Shown here: positions 20,660 through 31,081 of the stretch, piece after piece | How the letters are laid out: each line of letters begins with the position of its first letter | How positions within the stretch are numbered: position 1 is the first letter of the stretch | From: an uncultured bacterium | GTDB lineage: Bacteria; Verrucomicrobiota; Verrucomicrobiia; Limisphaerales; UBA8199 | DNA length: 64,000 nucleotides | Assembly (NCBI GenBank): GCA_963749495.1 | Contig: CAVVMW010000027.1 | Span: 1-64,000 of the forward strand | Direction of reading: 5' to 3' | The notes under the pieces: generated by a model | Databases searched by the model: none | Told to the model about the DNA's origin: nothing | What the model saw: the letters and a program-made list of their open reading frames with translations, nothing else | Translations under genes and position numbers: made by a program

Positions 20660-22385
20660 GTGATCCGATTTCTCACGATCGCCGCCTCGGTGGGTTTGGC
20701 TTTGGTCATGGAATCCGCCGACGCTGACGCGGCACCGGCCAGCCCGAGCCAAGCCCGGCTCGAAATCCGATCCGTGGCGGTGGGCGGCAAAGCCCTCCCA
20801 TTGCGCCCCGGTGAAACCGTGCGCCTGCCGTCCTTTCCTGAAAATGTCGTCTTTGGTTACGGAGCGGCCGATAAGTCAAACCGCGTCCCGACCCGGTTGC
20901 GCTACAAGTTGGAGGGATACGACCACCAGTGGCACGAAAGCTGGGGGCAAATGTTTCTGGCGATCCGTTTTCTGGACGAGGCGGGGGAGCAAATCGCTCG
21001 CAAGACTTGGAACGTAAGCGGCGAGAGCCCGGGTTGGAATGGTGAACTGGCGAGCGCTACGCTCAATCATCGGCGAGAAACCCTGGTGGTGCCGCCTGGG
21101 GCGGCCCGGTTCCAAGTCTCAATTTCCTCTGGGGGCCCGGCGGGGACAGTCGGCATTTACGTGGTGGATGGGTTGGTGGTCTCGATACTTTCCGGGGCGG
21201 CGAGTACCCGTGGTGCTGAGGTCGCCGGTTGGGCAAAGGCCTCCAGAGGGGTCCGATGGAGAGGTTGGGCCAGCTTGGGTGCGCAACGGGACGCGGCCGA
21301 GCATGGCGAAAGTGGTCGAAATTGGGCGTAATCCTGCAACCAAGGCGCTGGCGATCGTGGACGAAGATCCGTTCGGTCACGCGGATTGGGACAGTCCGAA
21401 AGGTGCTGCGCCGCGAGTCTCGCCCGGCGAGCAATTGTTGTTAGAATGGAACGAGGTTTACTCAATGGGCATGGCGACGGACTGGGGCGCCATGTACAGC
21501 AAGCTCCCGGAAGGCAATTTTCGGTTTTGCCTGGCGGAACTGACCACGATGGGCCAGCCCACAGGCACGCAAGTATCCTTGGGGGTGCGGGTGCCGCCGC
21601 CTTTTTGGAGAACGGCTTGGTTCTGGGGGGCAATCGCCCTTCTGCTGGTGGGATTATCAGCCGCTACGGGCCGATACCTTACCAGACGCCGGGTGCGGGC
21701 CGGAATCCTGCGCCTGCGCCAGGAACGCGCACTCGAGCAGGAGCGACTGCGCATCGCCCAGGATATTCACGATGACCTGGGCGCCCGCATCACCCAGATT
21801 TCGCTCCTGAGCGGCATGTCGCAGAACGATCCCCAGCTCCCGGAAAAAGCGCGCGCGGCCTTTGACACCATTTCCCGCATGTCCCGCGACCTGGTTTCTG
21901 CCCTTTACGAAACCGTTTGGACCGTCAATCCCGAAAACGACAATTTGGAGGCCCTGGGCAGCTATCTTTGCCAAATGGTCAATCAATTGTGCCAGCAGAC
22001 CCAACTACCCTGCCGGCTCCATCTGTGTGAGCTACCGGCCGGTGTCCAGGTTTCGAGCCACACCCGCCACCACATGACGTTCGCCGTGAAGGAAGCCGTC
22101 CACAACATCATCAAACACGCTCAGGCCTCCGAGATTGCCGTGCGGGTGGTTTGGGCGGAGCGCGAGCTGACCGTCTCCATCCAAGACAATGGCTGCGGCT
22201 TTTCCGGGGACAGCGCGCCGGTTGGGCATGGCTTGGCCAATATGAAACGGCGCTTGGCCGAGCTGGGCGGCTCCTGCGCCGTCCACAGCGAGGCGGGCCG
22301 CGGAACCACGGTCGAGCTGCGCCTGGCGGCGGGGTTGCTGGCGCACTCGAAGAAGGCTTCCGTCCATTCCGACGTTGGCGATTGA
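20660..22385 (+). CDS. Sensor histidine kinase (HisKA_3 type); frameshift ~21.2 kb
   Basis: ERLRIAQDIHDDLG, EAVHNIIKHA, DNGCGF, GHGLANM; TM segment; N-terminal signal in ORF 20660-21331. Confidence 0.85.
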
Positions 22386-22416
22386 CTCATGCGCGGCCAC
22401 ATCATTTGTCCGGGTT

Positions 22417-23049
22417 ATGAATAAGACAGTCGTGTTGGTGGAAGATGATAGGGGCTTGCGCGAGCAACTGACCCAAATCCTCAACAGCGCCCCGGACATT
22501 CGCTGTGTGGGTGCGTTTGCCTCCGCCGAGGAAGCCCTGCAGCAACTTCCGGCCCGCTGTCCCGACGTCGTGCTCATGGACATCAAGTTGCCGGGCATGT
22601 CCGGCATCGAATGCGTGGCGCGGCTCAAGCGGCTCATGCCTGGGCTGCAAATCGTGATGGTGACCGTTTATGAAGATAGCGAGCGTATTTTTCGGGCCTT
22701 GAAAGCCGGGGCCAGCGGCTATTTGCTCAAGTCCAGTCCGCCGCAGCAGTTGCTCGAGGCCGTGCGTGATGTCCATGCGGGCGGGGCTCCGATGTCCAGC
22801 CATATCGCGCGCCAAGTCGTGCGGCATTTCCACTCGGCGGGCGTCGTGGCCGACCAGAAATCGCCCTTGTCCCCCCGCGAACGCCAGGTCCTGGAATTGC
22901 TCTCGACGGGGTATATCTACAAGGAAATCGCGGACCAACTGGACATCGGCGTGGAAACCGTGCGCACACACGTCAAGAGCATCTGCCAGAAGATGCACGC
23001 CCGGAACCGCCTCGAGGCGGTAGCCAGGCATCACGCGAACCTGGAGTGA
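22417..23049 (+). CDS. NarL/LuxR-family response regulator
   Basis: VVLVEDD, DVVLMDIKLPG, GASGYLLK, LSPRERQVL..YKEIA HTH. Confidence 0.93.
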   Translation: MNKTVVLVEDDRGLREQLTQILNSAPDIRCVGAFASAEEALQQLPARCPDVVLMDIKLPGMSGIECVARLKRLMPGLQIVMVTVYEDSERIFRALKAGASGYLLKSSPPQQLLEAVRDVHAGGAPMSSHIARQVVRHFHSAGVVADQKSPLSPRERQVLELLSTGYIYKEIADQLDIGVETVRTHVKSICQKMHARNRLEAVARHHANLE

Positions 23050-24047
23050 GACGCGCCACACCCATGCCAGGTCGCGGGTGAAAAGCTGCTGAATCTTGGC
23101 AATCCACGGGTTGGCCGAAATCTGGGACCTGCTGCTCATCGGCGCCAGGATACTCGCGCCGGCGAACCGAGCGAATTCAAACCGCGGTCTGCGATTTGTG
23201 TTGGGAGTGGATGAATTTCTGCACCCTGCAGGGCCAGGTTTGCGAAACCGCAGGAGAGTGCGTGGGAGCATACCGCACGTGTATTCGTCCAAGTGCGCCG
23301 CAAGCGAAAGCGTCAGGATTTCCCAAGGACTCCGGACCCCTGTTCGCCGGGCGTGGGCTGCTTTTGCAGGTGCGCCCCGCCACGGCGAGCCCTCGGCAGG
23401 GCGAGGAGGTGTTGCGCAGTCTCCAGACGAGATGCTGTGCCGGCGATGTGCCAACGGAGGGCCGGGCACCGACCGCTCTATTCTTCCCTCCCCCATCCGG
23501 GCGGAGGCCTGGGGCAGGGCGTCTGGTTGAGTGCAACTTATCGTCACCCGTCAGGTCCGGTTGCCCCCTAACTAGCGCAACGGCCTTCCGCCCTGCAGCC
23601 CCGTCACCCTCACGGGACGCGTGCGCCCACCTGGATCCCGGCGCAATTGCCTGAGACTTTTGCCTGAGGGTCCTGCGACCATCCACGGGTTCTCATCTTT
23701 CGTAAGCATTTATCCGACAGCGGGTTGTGCGGTTCCAGGCGGCACCCTCCTGGCTTTCGCACCCCCTCCCCTTTCGTTTGGCGCGGTTTGGAGAGGCGGC
23801 GGCCGACCGTGCGCCCGAAGCGGCCAGCGGGGCTCGCCGGATGAAAGGCGTTCATCAATTGGCTGGTTGCTGCCGAAGCGTTCCTGGCTATCGGCGCCAT
23901 GACCGCACTACCCAACGGATCTCAGCTTAAGCCTCCATCTCCCGCTCGACCAACCGGACGACGTAGTGGAGGTTTGAACCTCCGTCCAGCGCCCCGCCGT
24001 GACCGAGAACTTAACCGTCCTGCTCCTGCCAAAACCGGATTGTCTCC

Positions 24048-24509
24048 TCAGGCATTCTCTTTCCGGCGGTCTCGCAAGGCCCCCAGAACCCCAGCCTCCC
24101 CATAGACCTTAAGCAGGTAAGCAAGTTGGCTGGCACGCCCTCCGTTATTGACACTGGCCGCGTGCTGCTCGGCCGACGTGATCAGGCGCTCCTGCCGCCT
24201 CGCATCGGACGTTTGATTCAGCCGCGTGTTGTCCTCCTGGGCCGCTTCATGGACCACTTCGTCCAGGTCCTCTTGCGTGATCCTCAGCCTTTTGCATTCC
24301 TTTCGAATCCGCGCCAGCGCCTCCTTCAGTCTTTCTGCCAGAAAAGCTTCCACCTGCACGCGCCGTGGTTTATACCGAAACGGGTGCCCTTCGTTGAGCC
24401 ATTCCCCGGAAGTCGCAAACAGGTCCCAAATGCGATTCCCGGCGTCGTTCTGTTGAACGACATCAACCTCGCCGAATCCGGGGATGCTGTAACTGGCGAC
24501 GGGGATCAT
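24048..24509 (-). CDS. Hypothetical protein
   Basis: Protein-like ORF (MIPVASYSIPGFGEV...) co-oriented with dUTPase and nrdJ. Confidence 0.6.
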   Translation of the reverse strand: MIPVASYSIPGFGEVDVVQQNDAGNRIWDLFATSGEWLNEGHPFRYKPRRVQVEAFLAERLKEALARIRKECKRLRITQEDLDEVVHEAAQEDNTRLNQTSDARRQERLITSAEQHAASVNNGGRASQLAYLLKVYGEAGVLGALRDRRKENA

Positions 24510-24671
24510 CTTTGGAAATTCGTTTCGCGGTTTTACAATCCGATACGAATGCAAGATTGCAAGGGTTTTCGCCGTTTCTCGAGATTTGCGGGCCGGAACT
24601 TCGTTTGATGCCCGGTTTCCTGGGCCGCGTAGCTCAGGCGGCAACTTTCCGGCCTATTTTTCCAGAGCGGT

Positions 24672-25086
24672 TTAGCGCATTTGAGCTACGCGAAAGCCAT
24701 CTGCGGGTCCTGCAGCGCTTCGACTTTGGTCCGCAGGTTGGGGAACATAGACGCTGATCTTGTAGCTGTCGGCGTCGTAGCCATCGAAGAGCTTCTTGCC
24801 ATGCAGCGGCCTCGAGGTACTGGCGCCTGGGTGGTTCGTGCCATTCCAGCCTCCCGCCATGACGCTTGATGATTCCGGTCATTCGGGCCATCAGCCCATG
24901 CAGCGGAATTTCAAACTCGATGCGCCTGCTGGCGCAGTCTCTCCGGAAACGGTTATGCAGTTCGACGAAGACATTGAAACTGCCATATCCATTATCATCA
25001 TCAACAACGGCCCTCTTCACACCCCGCAGCTTGACTATTTCGCCCGTGATTTCCGAGATAATGTGGCGCTGCGCTTGCGTCGTCAT
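24672..25086 (-). CDS. Hypothetical protein, probable frameshift ~24.81 kb
   Basis: MTTQAQRHII...HEPPRRQY appears to continue as KKLFDGYDADSYKISVYVP in ORF 24672-24860. Confidence 0.5.
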
Positions 25087-25147
25087 CAAAAAACTTTTGT
25101 GACGGAGTTCTCATCCGCTGTTAAACCCCGGGGGACCTCTTTCGTGG

Positions 25148-25615
25148 TCAGCGCAACAGCAAGTAAAGTGCCACCCCGACCGTCAGGAATGCGCCTGCCA
25201 GGACGATGGCAAGCGCCTTGGCGGTCTGATATCGTTCGTAAGCCTCCTGGTGAGCGAGGCAGGTCTGAATCAAATCGTCGCTGGCGGTCAGCAGATCATC
25301 CACGCGATCACCCAAGTCGCAAGCGTTCCGCCGGCATTCGGCGATCTGATCGCGGGTGCTCTTGCCGATTACGTCCTCCAGCTCCGGACCGCTCATGTCC
25401 GGTATGTGGGAGGCGCCTCGGTCGAGCAGTTGACGGGTTTCGCGGAGGTCGGCCTGGATTTCGGAAATCAGCGTGACCGCTTCCTGCGTGGGGAGCATTT
25501 GCCACTCAGCCTCCACCCGCTTGAATTTCTCGACGGCTTCACGGTACCTTCGGCACGCGGCGTTGATGAGGCTGGTTCCGGTCGCAACCGGCGATTGAGC
25601 AACAGCGGGAGACAT
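25148..25615 (-). CDS. Hypothetical coiled-coil protein with C-terminal membrane anchor
   Basis: Helical composition; ends ALAIVLAGAFLTVGVALYLLLR. Confidence 0.6.
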   Translation of the reverse strand: MSPAVAQSPVATGTSLINAACRRYREAVEKFKRVEAEWQMLPTQEAVTLISEIQADLRETRQLLDRGASHIPDMSGPELEDVIGKSTRDQIAECRRNACDLGDRVDDLLTASDDLIQTCLAHQEAYERYQTAKALAIVLAGAFLTVGVALYLLLR

Positions 25616-25708
25616 GGCGTTTTGCTTTTCTATCCCGGCACCGCCGTCGCACCCTGCCACGGTTGGGCCGTTTCCCCACTATAGTTCCGGCGGTGGCGGT
25701 TTTGTCTC

Positions 25709-26089
25709 TCAAATGTGCCGGGAATCGCGATCGTCCTTCACGACATAGCCGTTCTCGTGGCGCCTGAAGTTGACCGCGTTCTTCTTAACGCAAGCCTCGA
25801 ATACGTCATCGGCGCCCATGCCGAGCACTTGCGCGAGGCTGATCACAAAGTGAAACAGGTCCACGACCTCCACGCGGGCATTCTGCACCTCAAACGTCTG
25901 GTAATTGGCCCACCATTTCCAGGGAACGCTGTCGGTGAGTTCGGCGACTTGCTGGATCACCGCGCGGGAATAGTTCAAGATCCATTTGATCTTCTCCTCC
26001 TCGCTCATGCTCGCAGTATGCAGACCGACGCGTTCGTTGAGCGCTTTCTGCATCTGGAAAAGTTCGTGAAGCTGATCAGGGCTTTCCAT
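25709..26089 (-). CDS. Dimeric (all-alpha) dUTPase family protein
   Basis: LFQMQKALN, ELTDSVPWKWW, VEVVDLFHF, KKNAVNFRR..GY. Confidence 0.88.
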   Translation of the reverse strand: MESPDQLHELFQMQKALNERVGLHTASMSEEEKIKWILNYSRAVIQQVAELTDSVPWKWWANYQTFEVQNARVEVVDLFHFVISLAQVLGMGADDVFEACVKKNAVNFRRHENGYVVKDDRDSRHI

Positions 26090-26197
26090 GGTGTGATGTG
26101 CGTGCGTTTGCTGGCTCGGGAAACGTCGCCGGGGAGCAAAGAGGCGCCTGCAAATCGTAAAGCCAGTCGTAAGGCCTGTAAGAGCAGCTAGCCACAG

Positions 26198-29185
26198 CTA
26201 GCCACACCCCGAACTCTCACCGCAACCTGGGCATCGGTAACACGCCCCACTACGCACCAGAATGGTGCCGCAGTTCTGACAGGGCGGCGCGTCGGATTGG
26301 AAGTGGGCCATCGCAGCGTTTAGTTCCCGGACGCCCCCAATATCCGCCTCTGTTTCATGGCCGTTGTTCTTGGTCGGGGCGGCGGTGCCGACGGCAAGTA
26401 AGGCCGGTTCGGCTGTCGCCGTCGTCGCGCGCTGAGCGGCGTGTTTGGAGCGGTTCAAGGGGACGGCCTCCGGGTCCACTCCTTCGTCGCCGGAGATGAA
26501 GGTAATGCCCAGCCAACGGAAGATGTAATTGACAATCGACTTCGCCATGCGGATCTGTGGGTTCGCAGTGTAGCCAGACGGTTCGAAGCGTTGGTGCGCG
26601 AATTTCCGCACGAGATCCTGCAGCGGCACTCCGTACTGCAGCGAGAGGCTGACCAGGGTGGCGATGGTGTCCATCAGGCCGCCGATGGTTGAGCCTTCCT
26701 TGGCCATGGTGATGAAGAGTTCGCCCGGCTGGCCGTCCTCGAACAGGCCGACAGTGAAGTAACCCTCGTGGCCGGCGATACTGAATTTGTGGGTGAAGGA
26801 GGCCCTTGTCTCCGGCATGCGCCGGCGCACCGGCTGCCCCACCTGTTTGCGGAGCTGCTCCGCCTCTCGCCTAAGCTCATCGAGTCGGCTCTGGAGGATC
26901 TTTGCCTCGCCCCCTCGGTCCTGACTCTTGGTGTTGAGCGGCTGCGAACGCTTGGAGCCATCCCGGCAGATGGCCACGCACTTGAGGCCCATCTTCCAGG
27001 CTTCCACGTAAATGTTCCGGATTTCCTCGATCGTGGAGGCGTTGGGCACGTTCACGGTTTTCGAGATGGCGCCCGAAAGGAACGGCTGCGCGGCCCCCAT
27101 GATTTTCAGGTGGGCCAGATAGTGCAGGCTCCGGCTGCCCCGCGCGGGTTTGAAGGCGCAATCGAACACCGGCAAGTGGTCCGGCTTGAGCCCGCTCGAG
27201 GCAGTATCGCCCTCCCGGGCCAGACCCTGCTTGACAGCTTCGTCCTCTTTACTCAGCACAACGTCCTCGATGGTGTCGTGTTTTTCAATATGGGTGCTGA
27301 TTTGATCGATCTGTTCCGAGGCGTAGCCAAGGTTGCGAAGCGCTTCCGGCACCGTCCGGTTGACGATCTTGAGCATCCCGCCCCCGGCAAGAAGCTTGTA
27401 TTTGACGAGCGCAATATCCGGCTCGATGCCGGTGGTATCGCTGTCCATCAGAAAGGAGGTGGTGCCGGTCGGCGCCAGCACGGTCACCTGCGCGTTGCGG
27501 TAGCCATGCTTTTTTCCCAGATCAAGCGCTTCATTCCAGCACTGTTCAGCGGCTTGCCGGAGGTAGTTGAACTTCTCTGGGGTGCGGATGTCACTCAGTG
27601 CCGCGCGGTGCAGTTCGATGACGCCGAGCATCGAGGCCACATTGTCGCTGGCCTGCGGCTTTTCCACATTCACACATCGCGCGTCCTTGTAGCCTTTGAA
27701 GGGACCGATCTGTTGGGCGATGAGTGCGGATTGCTTGTACGCCTCGCCGGTCATGACGGCCGTGATGGCCCCGGTCAGCGCGCGGGCCTCGTCCGAGTCA
27801 TAGGCCAGCCCGTAACTCATAATCAGCGAGCCGAGGTTGGCGTAACCCAAGCCCAGAGCACGGAAGACGTGGGAGTTTTCGGCGATTTCCCTGATGGGAT
27901 AGCTCGAATTGTCCACCAGGATATCCTGCGCGACAATGAACAGGCGGACGGCGGCTTTGAATCGTTCCACGTCGAGCGCCCCATTCTCGCCCTTGAATTT
28001 CATCAGGTTCAGCGAGGCGAGATTGCAGGCGGTGTTGTTGAGAAAGACGTATTCGGAGCAGGGGTTGGTGGAATGAATCGGCCCGGTGCCCTTGCACGTG
28101 TGCCACTTCTGAATGGTGCTGTCGTACTGCAACCCGGGGTCGCCGCAAGTCCACGTGCCTTCGGCAATCTTGAGGAGCAGTTTAGCGGCATCCTTCTTTT
28201 CCAACGGCTTCCCTGTCGTAACGGCCCGGGTCCACCACTCCTTGCCGCAGACCGCCGCCTCCATGAATTCGTCGCTCACGCGCACGGACAGATTCTCGTT
28301 CTGGAACTTCACGCTCCCGTAAGCCTCGCCGTTGAACGACCCGTCATAGCCCTGCTCGATCAAGGCCCGGGCCTTTTTCTCTTCCAGTGTTTTGGCTTCG
28401 ATGAACTCCTCGATGTCGCCGTGCCAGTCGCGGAGCGTGTTCATCTTGGCCGCCCGCCGGGTCTTGCCTCCCGACTTCACGATGGCCGCAACCCGGTCGT
28501 AAACCTGCAGGAACGAAAGCGGGCCACTGGGGCGGCCGCCACCGGAAAGCTTCTCCCGGCTCGACCGCAAAGGCGTCAAGTCGGTTCCCGTCCCGGAGCC
28601 GAACTTGAAGAGCATCGCTTCGCTCTTGGCCAGGTCCATGATCAATTCCATGTCGTCTTTCACGGCCTGGATGAAGCAGGCGCTGCATTGCGGATACTCA
28701 TACTGCGTGGAGGCGCGCTCGGCCGTCTGCGTCTTGGGGTTGTAACGCCAGTTGCCGCGCGTGGAATTGCTCCCGATGCCGTAAACGTGGTGGAGCCCCA
28801 CGTTGAACCACACCGGCGAATTGAAAGCGGCGTACTGGTTGAGGCAGAGCCAGACCAGCTCGGCGTAAAAGATCTCTCCGTCCTCCTTGCTGAAATAACC
28901 GTCTTCGACTCCCCAGTCGGCGATGGTGCGGCACACCCGGTGAACCAGCTGGCGAACGCTGTTTTCACGCTCGCTCGTGCCCTGCTCGCCGTAAAAGTAC
29001 TTCGGAAACGACCAGCTTTCGTGGCCAGAGGCGACCAGAATTCCGGGACCAGCACTCCAGTTTGGCGGAAGATGACCTCATTCTTCTCGTCGGTGATCTC
29101 CGCCGTGCGTTCCTCCCACTTCAACCTCGTCAAAGGGGTCAACGCCGGCTTTGCTGAACACTCGAGGTACTTCGATGGATTGCAC
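26198..29185 (-). CDS. nrdJ: Class II (adenosylcobalamin-dependent) ribonucleotide reductase with TSCPD domain; two N-terminal frameshifts
   Basis: FNSPVWFN, QCSACFI, GGKTRRAAKM, TNPCSEY, ACNLAS, LAPTGT, C-terminal CxxC..CxxC; N-terminus VPRVFSKAGVDPFDEV/WEERTAEITD in shifted frames. Confidence 0.93.
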
Positions 29186-29427
29186 GGGTTGCCGTTCGTC
29201 CGCTTTCTGTTTGGCGCCGTATTTCTCAATGCCGTTCGCCGCCTTCTACATTATAGGTATCAAATGGAGGCGTTTCAGAATGTTGTGCGTTGTTGTTGTG
29301 GTCCCTTAAACTCCCTGAACCTCAACCAGCGCTCAGTCCCCTTTTGGCCCGCGGGCGCGCACGTTTCAGAAAGGGTCGTGCCTCCAAAGCGCGATTTCTT
29401 GGATTGTAAAACCTATAATGGGTCAGT

Positions 29428-29670
29428 ATGTCTGCGCAGCTCAATACTGGCCTTGAACCGAGGAGGTTGGCCGGGGGCATGGAGTACATCTTGTGGCTAA
29501 ACCTGATTGGTAAGTCCAGGACCACCGGATGGAAATGGAGGAAGCCGGGCCCCAATGGAGAACCACCGCGAGTAGTGTGTTGTCGAATAGACAACACTCT
29601 TTACATCACCCAGAAGGAGATTGATCGGTTTTGGGCCCTGGCGGAGGCGGGAAACTTTGAAGCCGACTAA
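29428..29670 (+). CDS. Small winged-helix/Xis(AlpA)-like protein, candidate recombination directionality factor
   Basis: WLNLIGKSRTTGWKWRK..RIDNTLYITQKEIDRF; stop overlaps the convergent integrase stop. Confidence 0.6.
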   Translation: MSAQLNTGLEPRRLAGGMEYILWLNLIGKSRTTGWKWRKPGPNGEPPRVVCCRIDNTLYITQKEIDRFWALAEAGNFEAD

Positions 29671-30920
29671 AAGGCCTCGTCCAAGTGCTTGGCCATCTCC
29701 GCGGTGTGGCCCGGGCGCAAGTGTCCATACACACGGCAAATCAAGACGCCTTTGTCACGATGCCCAACCCAATTGGCAATCGTCATGTAATCAATCCACG
29801 GCTGCGCCATCACGCAGTGGGAGATGAAATAATGGCGGAAGTGGTGGAACCCGAGATCCGTCATACCGGTCACCTTGCGCACCCGGTTCAACTGCTTTCT
29901 GAAACTCGTCCTCGGCCCGTCGCCGGTTTCACTCGGAAACATCCAGTCCGAGTTTTGGTTTCTTCGCTCGTGCATGGCCTTCAGGTGTGCCTCCAGCTTC
30001 TTGTTGAAATCCACATCGCGATCTGGGGCTGGTCGGCCAGCGCCCTTCTTTGCCCGCTCGCCCGGGAAATGCAGCACTCTTCGGCCCCACTTCACATTGG
30101 ACCAGCGCTGTTGAATTGACTCCTTCTCCCGCCCGCCGGAGTAGGCCAGCAGGTAGATGTAATCCGAAAACGCTTGCTCAGCTTTGCGGAGGTAGTCGCG
30201 ATATTCCTGACCATAGACCTCCAGCTGGGCGTCGGGGATGAAGGCAGCCTTGCAACAGGTCTGCAGGTCTTCCGGCTCCAGAAGCCGCACTTTTTTCATT
30301 GGGCCTTTGTCCAGCTTCTTCCACTTGCCGAGAGGAGACTTTTCCAGCCAGCGCAACTCGACGCACCTATCGACGACGTGATGGATGGCGCTGATATCCA
30401 GGTCGACGGTCCGCCCGGACACCTGCCCCCCGTCTTCGGTTTGGCGCCACTTGGCGTAGTCCTTTGTCAGGCTGTCGTCCAATCGCGACAACGGCAAATA
30501 CCCGAACTTTTCATCAAACTTGTTCAGCCCGCAGTCTTGTCGAGCGTCCGTCTTTTCGTCGAACTCTTTGAGTTCGGCGCGATGGGTCCGGTATTCGACA
30601 ATGGCGTCATGAATCGTATGACTGTTGTTCGTGTATTCTTTTATGTATTCTTTTTTGGTGAAGGACGGCGGGACGAGCTTCCCCTCATGCTGAAGCTTTT
30701 TCAACGCCTTCATCTCCGTAACGGCTTGAGGAACTGTTCTTGCGTCCTGCAGCAGGTACTTGTATTGTCTGCCGTTGTTCGCGTCGAGCTGGGCGTAAAA
30801 TTGGCCTTTGCGAAGCCATAAACCACGCTCGCGCAGGCCCTTGTCATTATAGACTTGGTTGAATGGTTGGGCCTTTTGGCGGGGTTTAGCCCCGTTCGTC
30901 GGCGTTTTAAGGCGTTTCAT
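29667..30920 (-). CDS. Tyrosine recombinase/integrase
   Basis: R (YSGGREKE), K (AKKG), HxxR (HHFRH), H (VGHRD), Y (RVYGHL) all present. Confidence 0.93.
   Translation of the reverse strand: MKRLKTPTNGAKPRQKAQPFNQVYNDKGLRERGLWLRKGQFYAQLDANNGRQYKYLLQDARTVPQAVTEMKALKKLQHEGKLVPPSFTKKEYIKEYTNNSHTIHDAIVEYRTHRAELKEFDEKTDARQDCGLNKFDEKFGYLPLSRLDDSLTKDYAKWRQTEDGGQVSGRTVDLDISAIHHVVDRCVELRWLEKSPLGKWKKLDKGPMKKVRLLEPEDLQTCCKAAFIPDAQLEVYGQEYRDYLRKAEQAFSDYIYLLAYSGGREKESIQQRWSNVKWGRRVLHFPGERAKKGAGRPAPDRDVDFNKKLEAHLKAMHERRNQNSDWMFPSETGDGPRTSFRKQLNRVRKVTGMTDLGFHHFRHYFISHCVMAQPWIDYMTIANWVGHRDKGVLICRVYGHLRPGHTAEMAKHLDEAF
30630..30654 (-). repeat. Tandem AAAAGAATACA(T/C) pair inside integrase CDS
   Basis: Minus strand reads AAAAGAATACAT-AAAAGAATACAC-G (encodes KEYIKEYT). 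Confidence 0.85.
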
Positions 30921-30926
30921 GCGCTG

Positions 30927-30957
30927 AAAAGAATATAAAAAGAATACACGCTGTCAA
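30927..30957 (-). promoter_or_regulatory. Sigma70-like integrase promoter overlapped by tandem AAAAGAATA(T/C)A pair
   Basis: Minus-strand TTGACA (30957-30952), 16 bp, TATTCT (30935-30930), ATG at 30920; plus-strand repeats at 30927-30950. Confidence 0.65.
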
Positions 30958-31005
30958 CAGCCAAAAACGCCAGAAGTGAATTTGGACCCGATTTTTCAAG
31001 GGTTC

Positions 31006-31081
31006 GGGTTGGTAGCTCAGTCGGTAGAGCAGCGGCCTTTTAAGCCGTTGGTCGCGGGTTCGAGTCCCGCCCAACCCACCA
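31006..31081 (+). tRNA. tRNA-Lys (anticodon TTT)
   Basis: GGGTTGG/CCAACCC acceptor stem, loop CTTTTAA, GTTCGAG T-loop, encoded CCA, 76 nt. Confidence 0.97.

Larger units (their letters stand above)
24048..31005. mobile_element. Putative integrative element or prophage remnant next to tRNA-Lys; left boundary undefined
   Basis: Intact tyrosine integrase, Xis-like ORF, arm-like repeats, tRNA neighbour, nucleotide-metabolism and hypothetical cargo; no att duplication found. Confidence 0.55.

Noticed and set aside
23050..24047. ORFs or structured RNA in the 1-kb gap
   Set aside because: No recognisable protein motif or RNA family; only isolated hairpins (e.g. GGAGGTT-TG-AACCTCC ~23968-23983)
24622..24641. 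GGGCCGCGTAGCTCAGGCGG, like a tRNA 5' end or attL of the tRNA-Lys element
   Set aside because: Only ~9 bp shared with tRNA-Lys and no cloverleaf; compatible with chance
29000..29130. Programmed frameshifting in nrdJ
   Set aside because: No slippery heptamer seen; similar indels occur throughout the window, so assembly error is more likely
29230..29420. NrdR boxes or cobalamin riboswitch upstream of nrdJ
   Set aside because: Only poor partial matches to the NrdR consensus and no B12-box seen
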